From Phoronis australis (lineage: Eukaryota > Animalia > Phoronida), in contig NMRA01000497.1 of NCBI GenBank assembly GCA_002633005.1, forward strand, positions 146,883 to 210,882: 64,000 bases of DNA, in the 5' to 3' direction. This document shows positions 37,227 to 50,100 of the stretch, piece after piece. How positions within the stretch are numbered: position 1 is the first letter of the stretch; each line of letters starts with the position of its first letter. The notes under the pieces were generated by a model. The model searched no databases. It had not been told where the DNA came from and saw only the letters and a list, made by a program, of their open reading frames with translations. Made by a program: the position numbers and the translations under genes.

Positions 37227-37942
37227 AGGCGAAGGCCACCTTTTTTCATGTCATTTTGAGCTAAAATAAGGTTGGTTGGTTGGTTATCCTAGACATATTT
37301 TCCACTTAATTACAGCTTTTCGTAATTTTATTAATTACTCGTCCTCTACTCCGGAAGTGACGTTTTAGGAGGCAAGCATTTCGCGCCAATTTCTTTTCAT
37401 ATAGTGTGACTGTGAGAGCTGCCGAGTCAGTCATTGTTCTACCTCGGTTGTGTTAACTTACGTCGTCGTTTGCTTTCATTTACTAGTCAGTCAACATGCC
37501 ACACTGTTGCTACGTACCGGGATGTACTTATCGTCTCACAAGCGCTTTCCGATGGATGACACACTTCGCCGTACTTGGCTCGTTCGTGTGAAGAATGCAG
37601 CGTTACCCGTTCACGCAACGTACAAAGCAGTCGAGAATTATCGTGTGTGTGGCAAGCACTTTCTGCCGTCGGATTACGAGAGGGATTTGTACGCTGAACT
37701 GATGAAGATCCCTGCGAAACAACGTCTGAAGAAGGATGCCATTCCGTCTGTGTTGATTCCCGGCAGTGCCCCGTCGCCACCCCCGAGAAGTGCGTTTTTG
37801 AAGAGAGAAGCCTCGCGAGCTGTGGCCAGTACAGTGACTGGAGCCAGTGGAGGCACTTCATCTACTGTCACCCGTGCCTCCGAACGTACCCCAGAGCGTG
37901 CAATTCCTGGAACCAGTAGTGATTCGCCCTGTGCTGTTTTCT
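37227..37942 (+). mobile_element. 5' end of a Kolobok-like THAP-bearing DNA transposon inserted at TTAA (truncated by N at 37943)
   Basis: Begins TTAA|AGGCGAAGGCC. The flank 37121-37226 is repeated at 37944-38048 with an empty TTAA. Confidence 0.7.
37496..37942 (+). pseudogene. THAP-domain ORF (frameshift near the N-terminus, 3' truncated)
   Basis: MPHCCYVPGC is in one frame. RFPMDDTLRRTWLVRVK..YRVCGKHFLPSDYERDL..RLKKDAIPSV follows in another. Confidence 0.8.
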
Positions 37943-39563
37943 NCTAATTTATGAGAAAATACATACAACTATGTGATCAACAGTAAATTTCTGACACTCA
38001 CTGGCTTATTTTAGTCATTGTGGGCCTACGATGAGAGGCCATGATTAAAAAAAAAACGCTACTCTTGTCAAAAACTAAAGTCACAAAACGGCTTATTTCA
38101 GCAGAGCAGGGTCACAGTTTTATGACCTAAGATTGAATTTAAATAGGACTGTTTAGGTACGCTTTTAGTGGATCAAATTGGTACAGATATTGATCATGCA
38201 TGAGCGTGAAATATTTAGTAAATTTCCGTACAATGTGGTCCACAGGAAATGGCCAAGCACAGTTCTATAAAGGGTCTCTTCCTACCTTATTCACTACTTA
38301 AAGCGGACATTATGAAGCAAACACAAGCGATGCCTAAAACCTTTTCATATCTTGGTTAAATGATTTCCATTACCAGGCATATCGTTGGAGGCGTCACCAT
38401 TCAAAGCTATCACTTGTGACTACCGAAAAATCCGTCCACCTAAATATTAAACCGTACAGTCATTTGCGTGTGACCTGTTGGTAAAATCCGATTGTTTGCC
38501 AGTTTTAAATTTTGCGATTCAAATATTTAGGGACACACCTGAATAAAAGAGATTGTTCCGTCACTACGAGCGAACCAGTATCAAGCTTGCAAACAAACAG
38601 TGTATAATCGTTTGTGTAAACGAAGAGCTGCTACCGAGCTATACCGGCGAAGTAAAAGAGAATAACACGTACTTTCAAATCAAAGGCATCTTTCTAAAAC
38701 AACGAACCCTTGCTTGCCCTTATGTTTGTCAACAACCTTTTTACATTTTTTCTTAAAGACGAGTTCTTTCATCTAGGGAAAAACTCGTAAGACAACGCCA
38801 CCAAACTATCGAGAATTTCCTTCTGAACACCGCAAACTAATTTCCCCTCGCCTCACCCTCACTCCCCTGAGAGGAGTAGATCAGTAGTTCAAATATTTTT
38901 GCCCTCTTTTCATTGTCGGGTTGCTCTAACGTTTGATGTACAAATAATTCATTTGACTGTTTGCGTACTACACTTCTTGTGTCAGATTACAAATACATTT
39001 AAGAGGTTTTTGGGCGCGCCGGGCTCATATTTTACGGTCGATCGTACTATGAGAAACGCATCTTATAGTGCATTATGTGTTCATTTGTCCGATTTCGTGG
39101 AAAATAGGTGGTAAACGAAAGTTACATGTACACTTAACGTTTGAGTAGTATACTTGTAAGCTCCGTGACTCAATTACATGAAGTGCTGTCCACCGGGAGA
39201 GCGGAAAATTGGCGATGACCGGGCATGAGGAAGTACAAAGGTTCCGCTAGTCATAATTTCGCACGTTCCCATTGCCGTAGCTGCATGATACGGGCAAGTA
39301 TAGGGTATAATTTTTCAATGATTGAAGACTAAAACATGTTATTTTTGAGCTGAAGCTCGCCCAGTTGTTTGGAGACTGGACAAAGATTTAACGTGACATT
39401 TTTTTAGGGCTGCCTAAAATCGGTTCGCGTTTGTTCAATTTCTAGAAAAAACACGGAAGCTAACTAATAAATATTAATTACAGGTAAGCGACAATCGAGG
39501 GAAAGCAGCGGAAAACATACACACAATCACTGTAAGTTTAAGTTTAAGTTTGATGTTCAGCAA

Positions 39564-39780
39564 GGGTCCGTTTTATGGAAGATCGTAAGTCCGGTCGTGC
39601 ATTAGGTTAGACAGTCGTAAGCATGTTTTTGCGGAGACGACTATACACTGTTTTTTAAGGGCGAAACATATCTTCTACTACGTCCTATTTCACATTCAAG
39701 TTGAAAATCTACTTTCATAAACCACGCTTGTAATGTGTTATGACAGGAATTGCACGACCTTCATTTGATAAAACGGACCC
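39564..39780. mobile_element. Harbinger/Tourist-like MITE
   Basis: TIR GGGTCCGTTTTAT / ATAAAACGGACCC. Confidence 0.65.
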
Positions 39781-42439
39781 CTGGGATTTGTAATTCATGA
39801 AGTCACGTGAGAGATTAGCACTGCCTTCCATATGCAAATTTCCGCTTCTTATACGTGTTCTTCTTCGTCATTTTACTCGCTACAGAAAATTACTGTATAA
39901 ATCCAAACAGCAAAACTCAAAAAAATCATCGAATAAGTGAACTTGTGAAACTACACGTGTTTTGATGACGTGTTTGTAAGAACATAACCTCCCAAATATC
40001 ACTTGATCAACTGCCGTGGTACCGGCAATCTCACGATGACGTCCAATGTATTAAATTGGGTTTTTGGTGTACCTTAACTAAAAATCCTTGTTATATTTGC
40101 CGCATGTGCCTAATTTCGGATATTGACGCGGCTTCAAATATTGGTGCATGCGTTTATGTACGCGCTTAAGCGTTGATGTGTATTTATCTAACCCTGTACG
40201 TACGTTTGAGCTTTATGTCTAGTGTGTACCTGATGAAATGGAAAAGAGTCCACACAAGATAGATTTTTACAAAGTTCTTGAATTTTTTATTCAACCGTAT
40301 ATTATACTGTGTTCCGTTTGTTTCGTCACTCAGGACAACTTAGATTTTCTGTTCTGTGCACATGGAAAGTGGAAATTGGATAAAGTCTGTTAATCTTACT
40401 CAACCCGAATTAGTGCGAGGGTATTAACACATTCGCGATAAAAATCAAACACATTTTGAGCGTTTTGTTCAGGTCTTGAATAAGGACTACGATCAGGCAA
40501 TCCGTCATTTACAAAAATCAAATGATTGGCTCTGGCTTTAAACTAAAAGTTTAAACTAAATGTTTCTTTGTTTAAACTAAAAGTTCCTACATTTACAGAT
40601 ACCTCCGCCAAAACCACTACGTGTCCAAACGCAAGAGGCGCTGTTGTTCTCTAATATAGAAGACCATTTTGACTGTTCTGTGATAACGAGTCTACTGTGC
40701 TTCCCGCCGCTAGGGTTGTGGGCTGTTGTCGCGTCAAGAAGGGTATGTGGCTAAGTGCAATATAGGAATTTGTAAAACTTCTGCCTGTTGTGGTAGTTTG
40801 CGGAATTCGTGTTAAGCGCCTGTAGGTGGCGCGCAGCGTGCCTTTCTCTATTTATTAACATCGTGACTCCGATGAAAGTCAGAAATTGTACAATGATAGT
40901 AAAGGGATCGGCGAGAACAGTAATTCCCAAAGATCTATGGAAAGCCAGTGTGTTCTTTTGAGAACGCGTGCTTTGCACTCGTTTGTACGAGTGCTTAACA
41001 AATCATTGGTGTAAAGTGTACGCGTGAATCCAAGAGTCGCAGAAAGAACACCTCCAGATTATAGTACCAGTGACGGATTTAGAAGGGGGTCCAAGTGGGC
41101 CATGGCCCCCCTTAAACTCTCCCAGATTCCATTTGGCAGTTCGGGGGTGCGCATGTCGGACGGGCAAAATCCTGGCTAATACTCTGCCCTGCCCCCCCTA
41201 ACTAAAAATCCTGGATCCGCCTCCGAGTACAATAGCGCAACCCAACACCTTACTTTGAGAATGCGTGCGTTGTACTATTTCATACCCGTGCCTTTTGATC
41301 CTCGCTATAGCCTACAATGCACGCGTGAATCGGGAAGTCGCTGATATGACATGCTTAAATTACCCACAGTGATGCTACCTAAACAGCTAGCCACAAACTT
41401 AAAGTAATATTTTTCCAATAGAGACAGGAAATTCTTTGGATATTATCTGTCTTAATTATTGAATTTATGTTGATGTTGAACGTTTTTGATGCAAGTGTTT
41501 TCAGCGACTCCTAGCGGGTTTTCCCCACGCTTGTTACACTTAGTACAACGAAACACGAGAACGTGTGAAATATTGTTTGTAAAGATTGCCCAGTTGAGCT
41601 AAAAAGATATCAAGCAAAGGTCTTACAACTATGAATATTCAGGCACTTTTACAGTAGGTCTAGGTGCTAGAAATGTCCACCATAAGCATCAAGTAAAACT
41701 GGGTTCACCTTTCGAAATTCAGAAACACCCGCTGCTCTACATCCGGCCAGGGCGCGAAAACACAATGTACAAAGTTTCAGGGCACTAGCTCAAGTAGAGA
41801 AAATATTAGCAAAAGTTTGGTGCCTGTTTAAGGAAAATATCTCGCGGCCCTGAAAAAAGTGAGGGCTATAGCCCCCCCACCAGCCTCCCTGTGGTGCACC
41901 GCCCATGGTAGTACAATGGGTACCAGAGCCGGAAAAAACGATGAGAAGTATTAGTGGATTCGCGTGTGCGTTCACGTACATTAAACAGCAACGATTGCAT
42001 TGCACTGGTATCAGCAAACGAGTGCAGTCCCACTCACATGAACGACTGCAATGCACGCGATCTTAAAAGAACATGTTAGCGTTCCATAGAGATCAGCCTG
42101 TGCGCGTATTCGAACTTGCACCCTCCCTTTCCAGTGGCAGTCACACTCTGCTGGCTTTGAGCTAAATTCCACTCAATAAATGGCAGAGTGTTTTTTAAAA
42201 CACTTTGTTTTTTTAATATGATTAAAAGTGTATTTAGCCGATCTTTGACTGCAACGAATGTGTGCCAGGCAACGCCGGGAATTGGCGATTTGTATTTTGT
42301 AACAAAATGACAAAAAACAGGTATTTTGTTATTTTATAGCTCTGGTCAACGCTACTAATTTCATGAATTCTATCCCATCTAACAATGGTTATTCAAACGT
42401 ACGATACTCAGTGTATTTTACAATACCATTGTACAATTA

Positions 42440-42670
42440 TTGACCTACTCCAAATACACGTTGTACCAGGCGTCAACAGGCCGCTCGGGTGGGCCCAGTG
42501 CTCTGATCACCTGGAACCATTTTTCTGTTTTATTGACTTAGAGTTATAACCAAGTCGAGGTTCTAGAGACCTGACTGACGGGCATAGCTGAGTTCCCCAG
42601 TGGGACTCGAACACTCGACCTTGAGTATAGGAAGCGGACACTTATCCGTCTAGGTCACACTGCCTCCTCT
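42440..42670 (-). mobile_element. tRNA-derived SINE (same family as 60787-61005)
   Basis: The reverse complement matches the 60787-61005 head (GAGGCAGTGTG.CCT..GATAAGTG.CCGCTT..GTTC.AGTCCCAC) and tail (CCAGGTGATCAG, CTGGTACAACGTGTAT). Confidence 0.7.
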
Positions 42671-43278
42671 AAACCGAGGTCATTAGGTTATTTTCAGATT
42701 CCAAGAATATGATAACATGGACGGAACAATTTTAACTGATATTATTATGTTTATACACGCTAACTAATCAATGTCTGGGCTTTTAGTCGTATGTCACTCG
42801 GGGCCAGCGCCAGCTACCAGTTTTAAAGCAAGACGGGGGTGATTTTAATTTAACACCCAGGAGAGGCTCGCCGTGGTCAACAGAATTATGATTTACGTTG
42901 CAGTACAGGTACTGCATGTATATTTTGCAATGTCAAAGCAGACAACGAACGTCATTTGATCATATCAAAGAAATTTGATGTATTGTTATCTTTGTCAGTA
43001 CGCTCAACGTGCCCATCCTAAAGCCCGTGTAAACGACCTTAATTGGACGTCACGAGTAGTTTGGAAGTGGGCCCCTCTTCAAAGAGTGGACCAATTTCAT
43101 GCCTACGCCTCTTATTGGGAAACTTGAAATTCACCAGGTGTCGCTAGTGAACTAAGGGCCTTTCCGTAAAGATGCCTGCATTCAGGTAATCACGTGGTTT
43201 CCTAACGACATACTGAACCAACTGATTGTTTCGTTCCAGGTGAAGCACTATTTATCCACTGGCAACGTTCACCGAGCA

Positions 43279-43970
43279 ATGGCGTGCTCCAAAAGAGCCA
43301 GACTTTTGAACAATTTCAATTTAGCCATTGGTGCTCTACAGTGGTTAACGGTGTTTGTAGTTTTGATACTTTACTTTAGTGGATGGATAGGTAATTACTA
43401 TCAAGAGCCTCTACGACCAGTGTAGATGACCTACATTATCGGATAGTGATTTGTCGGAAAACAATGGGCTGGTCGTTTCAGTATGGTGCCTTTGTATTTT
43501 TGTCTTGGGCCATTGAAAGACTTCCGCTGCGAGCTCCAGCTGTTACAATCTCGAAAGGTATCGTCGACATATTGGATGGGACATGGAAACGGAAGAACTA
43601 CCGCAATCAGGAGAGCTGCAGAAACATTTTGATAACATTAATTTATGACTTTGTATTATTTCTATATCCTCTGTTATCTATTTTAAATAAATGTCTCAGA
43701 AAGATACTGAGCTCAGTGTTCGAGGGAGTTAGTTGAATCTGTCATCACTTGCTATCGCACAATTTCTACTTTTGAGAGGTCAAACCATTAGTCAGGTACA
43801 ATACCTCCGGAATGTGTCAAAAATGAGCTTGTGTGAGTCTTCCACACATCCATGAATACGATTACACAGCGGCACTCGAATCATACTGTATTTACCCACG
43901 ATGTCGCAGTACCCGTCAAGCACCTCGTTTTCGCGCCAATGGAGTTCCACAAAAAATGTCTTTTGATGTT
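43279..43970 (+). pseudogene. Possible decayed type II membrane protein gene (PC-esterase/NXPE-like N-terminus?)
   Basis: A splice acceptor lies at 43239. MACSKRAR is followed by a hydrophobic anchor (LAIGALQWLTVFVVLILYF), then frameshifted pieces LDGTWKRKNY..ELQKHFDN and YCIYPRC..ANGVPQK(C). The family call is from recollection only. Confidence 0.3.
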
Positions 43971-44041
43971 GTTTATTCTCTACAGGTTTTTCTTGGCTGC
44001 AGGATTCTATTTTTTTTACAAAGCCAACGAATTATTAGGGA

Positions 44042-44200
44042 TACTGCTTTTCTGTGGGCTACAATTCTGACGTGAATGAGGGATGTAAGTTTTTTCGCCT
44101 TCCCGACATCAGTCAAAGACAAGGAAATGCAGAGCGAATGGATAAAGCAAGTTCGACGGATTGATTTTGAACTTTACTCCTTTCTCGAAGATGTGTTTTC
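44042..44200 (+). pseudogene. Degenerate THAP domain (third in window), with a Kolobok-like end ..ACCT|TTAA at 44970
   Basis: YCFSVG(Y)NS / VSFFAFP..KDKEMQSEWIKQVRR.DF / TPFSKMC, read across frameshifts. Confidence 0.55.
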
Positions 44201-47194
44201 AATTCCGGTATTTTTAAAGGGTTGAAATTTGGAATATTGCCGGGACCATACACCTCGACAGATTACGACACGACCTGCCAAATCGAGGCCAATGAAAACA
44301 ACCTCCGGGACAAAGAAGAGTTCTATAATTGTAATACAATCCGGAACCACGCTATTCATTCGCCCAAGCGTTAATTAACGCTTGCAGATTCGCCAGACTG
44401 CAAGAAGTTTCCAAAATTATTCTAATCGAGGAACTGGATGCAATTCAAATCACAGAGTAGCAATGAAAGAAATATTTCACATAGATTAATTAAAATTTAC
44501 AAACCAAGCAAAAACATTGTACCTTGACAGTTTCGGCTACTCACAGCCGCCATCTTCGGAAGCTATTTTTACTCTACCAACCTTATGAACTTATTCAGTG
44601 ATAAAGAAATATTTGTCTTAGGAATATTACAGAAAATAAAAAGGCCACTTGGAATCAGATCCGTTGATCAACATGGTAAAAATCCAAGTGAATTGACTGT
44701 TTTTCGAGATTTACACCCGTTTTTAATGCCAGTAGAGTTTGAAACGCGGGGTTATATTGCTATGAATGTACCTTTCTTAAAAATGAAATTTTGACTTAAG
44801 GCTTTTACGTAAAAATAATAATGGCACATAAATACAAAAAGTATATTTATATTTCCTGGTCTTTATTCTTTCAGCAAATATATACTTTTACTAGTTGACA
44901 AAGCTTTGTTTTTTGATATACGAGTTAGAATGGCCATTCGGAGGCCACTAAATAAGGTTGGAGATAACCTTTAAGTAAAATTTGCCGTTTCTACAAAAAT
45001 ATATGTAAATTACAACTACACTACATGTACATGTTTGAGCAGCTTGATGAATGATTTGCATGCTTTTTTGATAAGTAAAAAGGACTTCTGCAGATGTATA
45101 TGTTTAGTAAGTCTTGCGGGTCAACGATGTCCCATTGTTTGACATTATCACCACCACTGTGCAGTCTCTCACTTGGAACTTTCTTTGGAAGTGTTTTTTT
45201 ATATTTTTGCAACAAGCGTAACGATGTCCATTGTCCTTTGGGAGTTCTAAATTTATTCCACTTAGACAATCCGTGTGCCGTTACTTCTAAAGCCCAAGTA
45301 CGTGAGCCTGAACGAAAGTTACGTAACGAGATAATTAAATACAATTATTCCTAAACTTTGAGGTGCGGTGTTGATATCGTATCTCGTGCGAAATGTCAGT
45401 GTTCGGTTGACGTGTTATTTGATTAATTGAATTAATTATGCAAACGCAAAGAACGCCGCACACTTTTATGCATATCACTAGTGTACACGGGAGGTCTGCT
45501 CTTTTTGAAAGCTCCATTTCGCCATGTTTAACTAGCGAAAAAGCGAAAATCGAATTTGGCATTTTAGTTTCATGAAGTATGCCTCATTATCTTCCTTATC
45601 GTCATAGGACTCTATTTCCAAAAACCAACAAAAACATAAAAATCATCAGCGATTCGAAAAAGGATTCGAATCTAGAGGTAACGAGGTTGGCCAGCTTGCA
45701 TTAGAACATAGAGCTCTAATCATGGAATGCCAACTCCAGCACGTCCCCAGTGCATAGAGCTTGGGACCCCGAGACTAGCCGCAAGAGTTTGCGCTGTGAA
45801 TTTCCGTCTGTCTGCTCGACTTAGTTTTCATCGAGTGTTATCAAATCAAGTCAAATTTCATTGCTTCATTTTCATTTTGACATTTTTGTTCATCAAGCTA
45901 GACTCTTGGGCTACGGTTCTCAACAAAAATAATCAACAAAACCGAAGTTTACATTAGTCAATCTTTATACACACCGACCCGTAGCCCTGGCTGGGTACAG
46001 GGAATAGTCTAGACTCTGATACCTTTTCTTGTCGAGCCTTAGAACCACTTATTTACAAACTACTATGGAAAGTCCTGTATTGCAACCTATGTACAGTACT
46101 GATCTATCTACAGAATTTCAAGCCTTTACAATCATATAGATTTTTGCTTATTTTTTATCTGTCAGAAAGCCTCTGCTACTAATTTCGGATAGGTAGTTGA
46201 AGAAAATCGTTTATCACATATAAATGTCACTGCATCATGAATTTTTACTGAAGATGTTTGTCAAACGGGACCAACGGTCCAATTAATAGGTAAAGATGCG
46301 TAATTTTGGATGAATGCCTGACACAATTCTTCACAGCAAGTGTGAGGATCCATGCTCTAAAATCTTTGTCTTGATATGGTAGAAATGTTTTGAATCATTG
46401 AAATTATTTCCATGCTGGTTTAATTAGTCACTTATATAACCTTTGCACGTGGTTCATTTCTTGTTTTAAGTTACTGTTACACCGTGCTATTTTTCGCGTT
46501 TTTGCAACAATCTTGGTTTTTAGAATTAAACATATTTTTTCAAGCTGTCAGGTATGCGAAACGATTATTATTTATGAATTAAATTATTTATGGTGTGGTT
46601 CTGATACAATTCATGGTGAATGACTTCATGCAATTTGGTTGAAATCGGCGGAGTTGTGAAAACTTTTAATAACTGTAAATTCCAGAGGAATATTCATCAC
46701 AGGAACAACGAATGCAAACAAAAGCCACGCATGCGTGGCGCAACCTCACCAGCGCGAGATTGAAGTACATGTAGGCACTCCAGGGCGAGAGAGTTCTATG
46801 ATTGCAAGTACAAAAATGGCCTGCAGGCATTCCCTGAGTCTTGAGTACACTAATATGTGGCATTGGTATTGTGAAGCAAATTTTATGAAAATAAAAGCCA
46901 ACTATGTGTTTTGGTTCTTTAGCCATCAAAATAGGACCAATTGCAGCAGTAAGTGTCGAATTTAAGCGAAAGGTCGCAGAGTTAGGAGCGTTGAATTACG
47001 CGAAACAAGTGTGCTTCAGCTCACTCTTTCCGTTTAAAATGAACTAAAATTTCTCGCCGCGGGTATCTCCCTCTTATCTTGCGTTACGGAGCGACGAATA
47101 CTCTGTGCGAGTCATGATGCGCGCGCAGTCTCCTCAAGAGCATATGAACACCGTGCACGACAGACAACGCAAACGGGATTCAGGGATAGGAAAT

Positions 47195-50100
47195 ATGCTG
47201 AAATTACTCGCTTTTGCTCTTTTTGTGGCCGGTAAGACTTTTCCAGAAATGTCGTTCCTAACCGCCCACACATAATTGTCGCAGACTGTGTTCTGGAGAT
47301 GAGAGAATATCATAAAGGAATGATTGAAATATGACTAGTAACGTAGAGTGTACGATATCTTTGCTGCTTTTATAGAAAACTAGATATTTTAAAACCTGCT
47401 CAGCAATCGCTGAAGACCAAGGAAAAGAAGACGACTCCACAAAACCGACAACTTCATCGAGAATGGTTTCCGTACCACGTTTTAGTCTGGATTCAGTTTG
47501 TGATGTAACTTTGTCCAAAATAAGTGAAACTCTAAATTTTCTTGTTTGGAACATAAGACAAATCCTACGCTAACATTTGGAGTTTTGTTAACCCCTAAGC
47601 GAGCCTATTAGTGCTCGCTGCTTAGCCGCGATGCTGAAGAAAATCTATTCGCTAATTTCTCTCGATTTTAGACATTCAAAGACGGTTAAAATTTGACACG
47701 AACAGTGACTGAAATTTCTTTGTCACCTAATTTATACTAATCACATAAACAACTGATTGGTCCCCCAGTCTAACTTATTGGAAAATAAATTCTCAAGAGC
47801 GACTATCGTTCTGTATTTCTAGCGGCCCAAGCTAGCCTGAAATGTAACATTCAACTCCGAATTGACTGCAATAAATTTGGAGACCAGCCTGTGTGTGGAA
47901 ACGACGGTGCAAGCCGGGTTACATACAAGAATGCGTAAGTATGTTTACATAAAAATTCTGAGAATATCAGGCCTACACGTACATACACGTATGTATCTCT
48001 TATGTAGTAAGTAAGTGTTTTAAACCAGGCAGAATGCATGTCCCATCAATACGTTCTTCGATGGAGTGTATTTGACTTGGAGACTTGGGAAACAGTAAAT
48101 CCCCAGTGTGCTGTAATTCTGTACTCTGCTCATAACACAGCAAGTCGTTATTATCATTTTGTGTTGAGAGAATGCCGCGGAGTTCATCAGACTGCACTTA
48201 TGTGTTTTCTCGCGCAGTGGCAGTAGGTAACAGAGAAGTGAAGAGACTGCTACCGGCAAATGTACAACTTCTTAGGGAATTTTGTCAGAAAAGGCACCTT
48301 TTCGTATGAAAACTTGACGTAAAAAAACCGCCTCCGAGAAACGAGAAGTCCGAGAAAATGAGACAAAAGTCCTCTAAATAAGTACAATATCGCAATTCAC
48401 AGTGGTGCCCCTTTCTTTTTTCTTAGTCCACCCGCTTTCTTGTTACCAAAAGGTCCACAACGTCAGAAATTCTAGCCCCCCAATATTGAAGGCTGGGTGA
48501 AAATAACGAAATAACAAGACTATTTAACACCGAACTGCCGGCGCCTGAGTTCAGTGCAGACAATAATATTTTAGCAAATAAAACTGAGACACAAGTGTTA
48601 AATAATTAAGAGTTTTGTACCAGTTGTCATGTTTGTAACCCGATTGCATGTTGCGTGCAATTTATACTGCAGTGCCGGGTTGCATGAAACAGTTCCAAAC
48701 AGGGACTCAACTAAGTTCCCTAAAGCTTTTGCCTATTTGCGTCTTAGTTTACTCAAAGATGTAATCTTTTCCTATAATTTCACCCTTATTACTTGGGCGC
48801 CGCACCATAGGAGGCTGTGTGGGCTATAGCGCCCACTTTTTTCAGTGGTACGCCGCCCACGTATTATGAGCTCCTCCTTAATTAGTAATATAACTAAAAA
48901 CTGAGCCTTGAATTCAATGAAAATAAACAGGGACTTGGTATTTAAGGTAGGAGCATTGCATGAAAAGACCCCTATATACATTTTCTAGACTACTGCATGA
49001 GAATTCAGCGTCGAGTTCATTCTGGATTTGTATCAAAACCAAAAGTTGCCTTAGTAACGAAACTAAAACAGCATAAGAGAGGAAAATCGGTGTTTTCACA
49101 AGCCCGCATGAAGCAGATTTAAAGATCTAAGTTGAGTCCCTATTTGGAACTGTTCCAAGCAACCGAGCAATGGTGTCTTCAAATGTACTCCAGGTGTGAG
49201 ATGCTGACTATGGGTTGTAAACTAAACAAGGACATCAAGTTGATATTTAAAGGTAAATGTGAAGATTCTATCAAACCCGAATGCAAAGACGATTACATCG
49301 CACAGAACGTCCAATGTACCGACATCGACCCACCACTTTGCGGAACAGACGGGAAGACTTACACTAACAAGTAGGTATCGGTGTAAACATAACTCGATTC
49401 AACTCGTCTTACTCATTATTGGCACCATATCTATATGTGGTTTACCGGAGCTCAAAATGGTGCTTTTTCGTTATAGTGAACCCGATCGTTATTATTAATT
49501 TGGTTCCGTGGCCGCTGTATAGCCGAACGAACGGACACGAGTTGGCTGTTATAAGCTTCAAACTCTTGCCCGTTTCAAGAGTTAAATAATATAAGATGCT
49601 TGTAATTATCCGTAACTTAGTCAGTCACAGTCTGAATACTCGTAAAGTTAGTGTTATCACTTGATTCGCTTGCAATGCATGGTGATTTCTTGCGAAGACG
49701 TGCGTGGTCTTGCTTTTTGCGAATTTTTAAGTCTACGTCAAGTTAATGGGTAACTATACTTTGACCTACACACATGGCTTTCTACCGTGGTTGCAAACGG
49801 TTTCACTTTTTGGTGACGAGAATGGCGTAACCGAATTCAGAAAATCTGAATGAGTTTCCTGCAAACATGACAGCAGGTAATCTTATACAGTTCCTCAAAA
49901 ATGTAAAATAAGGTGCATCCTTCCTTCTGTACGTAACACGTAACATTCGTTGAACACTACCTGTTAGCCTACATATAAATATGTAAATCTTAAACTGTCG
50001 TGGAAATACAGATCCCAAACAGTTTAAGTCTGGTATGCACGCCACGTGTTGGCCACTCCACGTGACCTACTGAGCATCAGCCTGAAAACATTACTGCCGC

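Noticed and set aside
38266-38360. TATAAA followed by an ATG (MKQTQAMPK..)
   Set aside because: The frame closes within 16 codons, the donor site is weak and no downstream exon could be joined.
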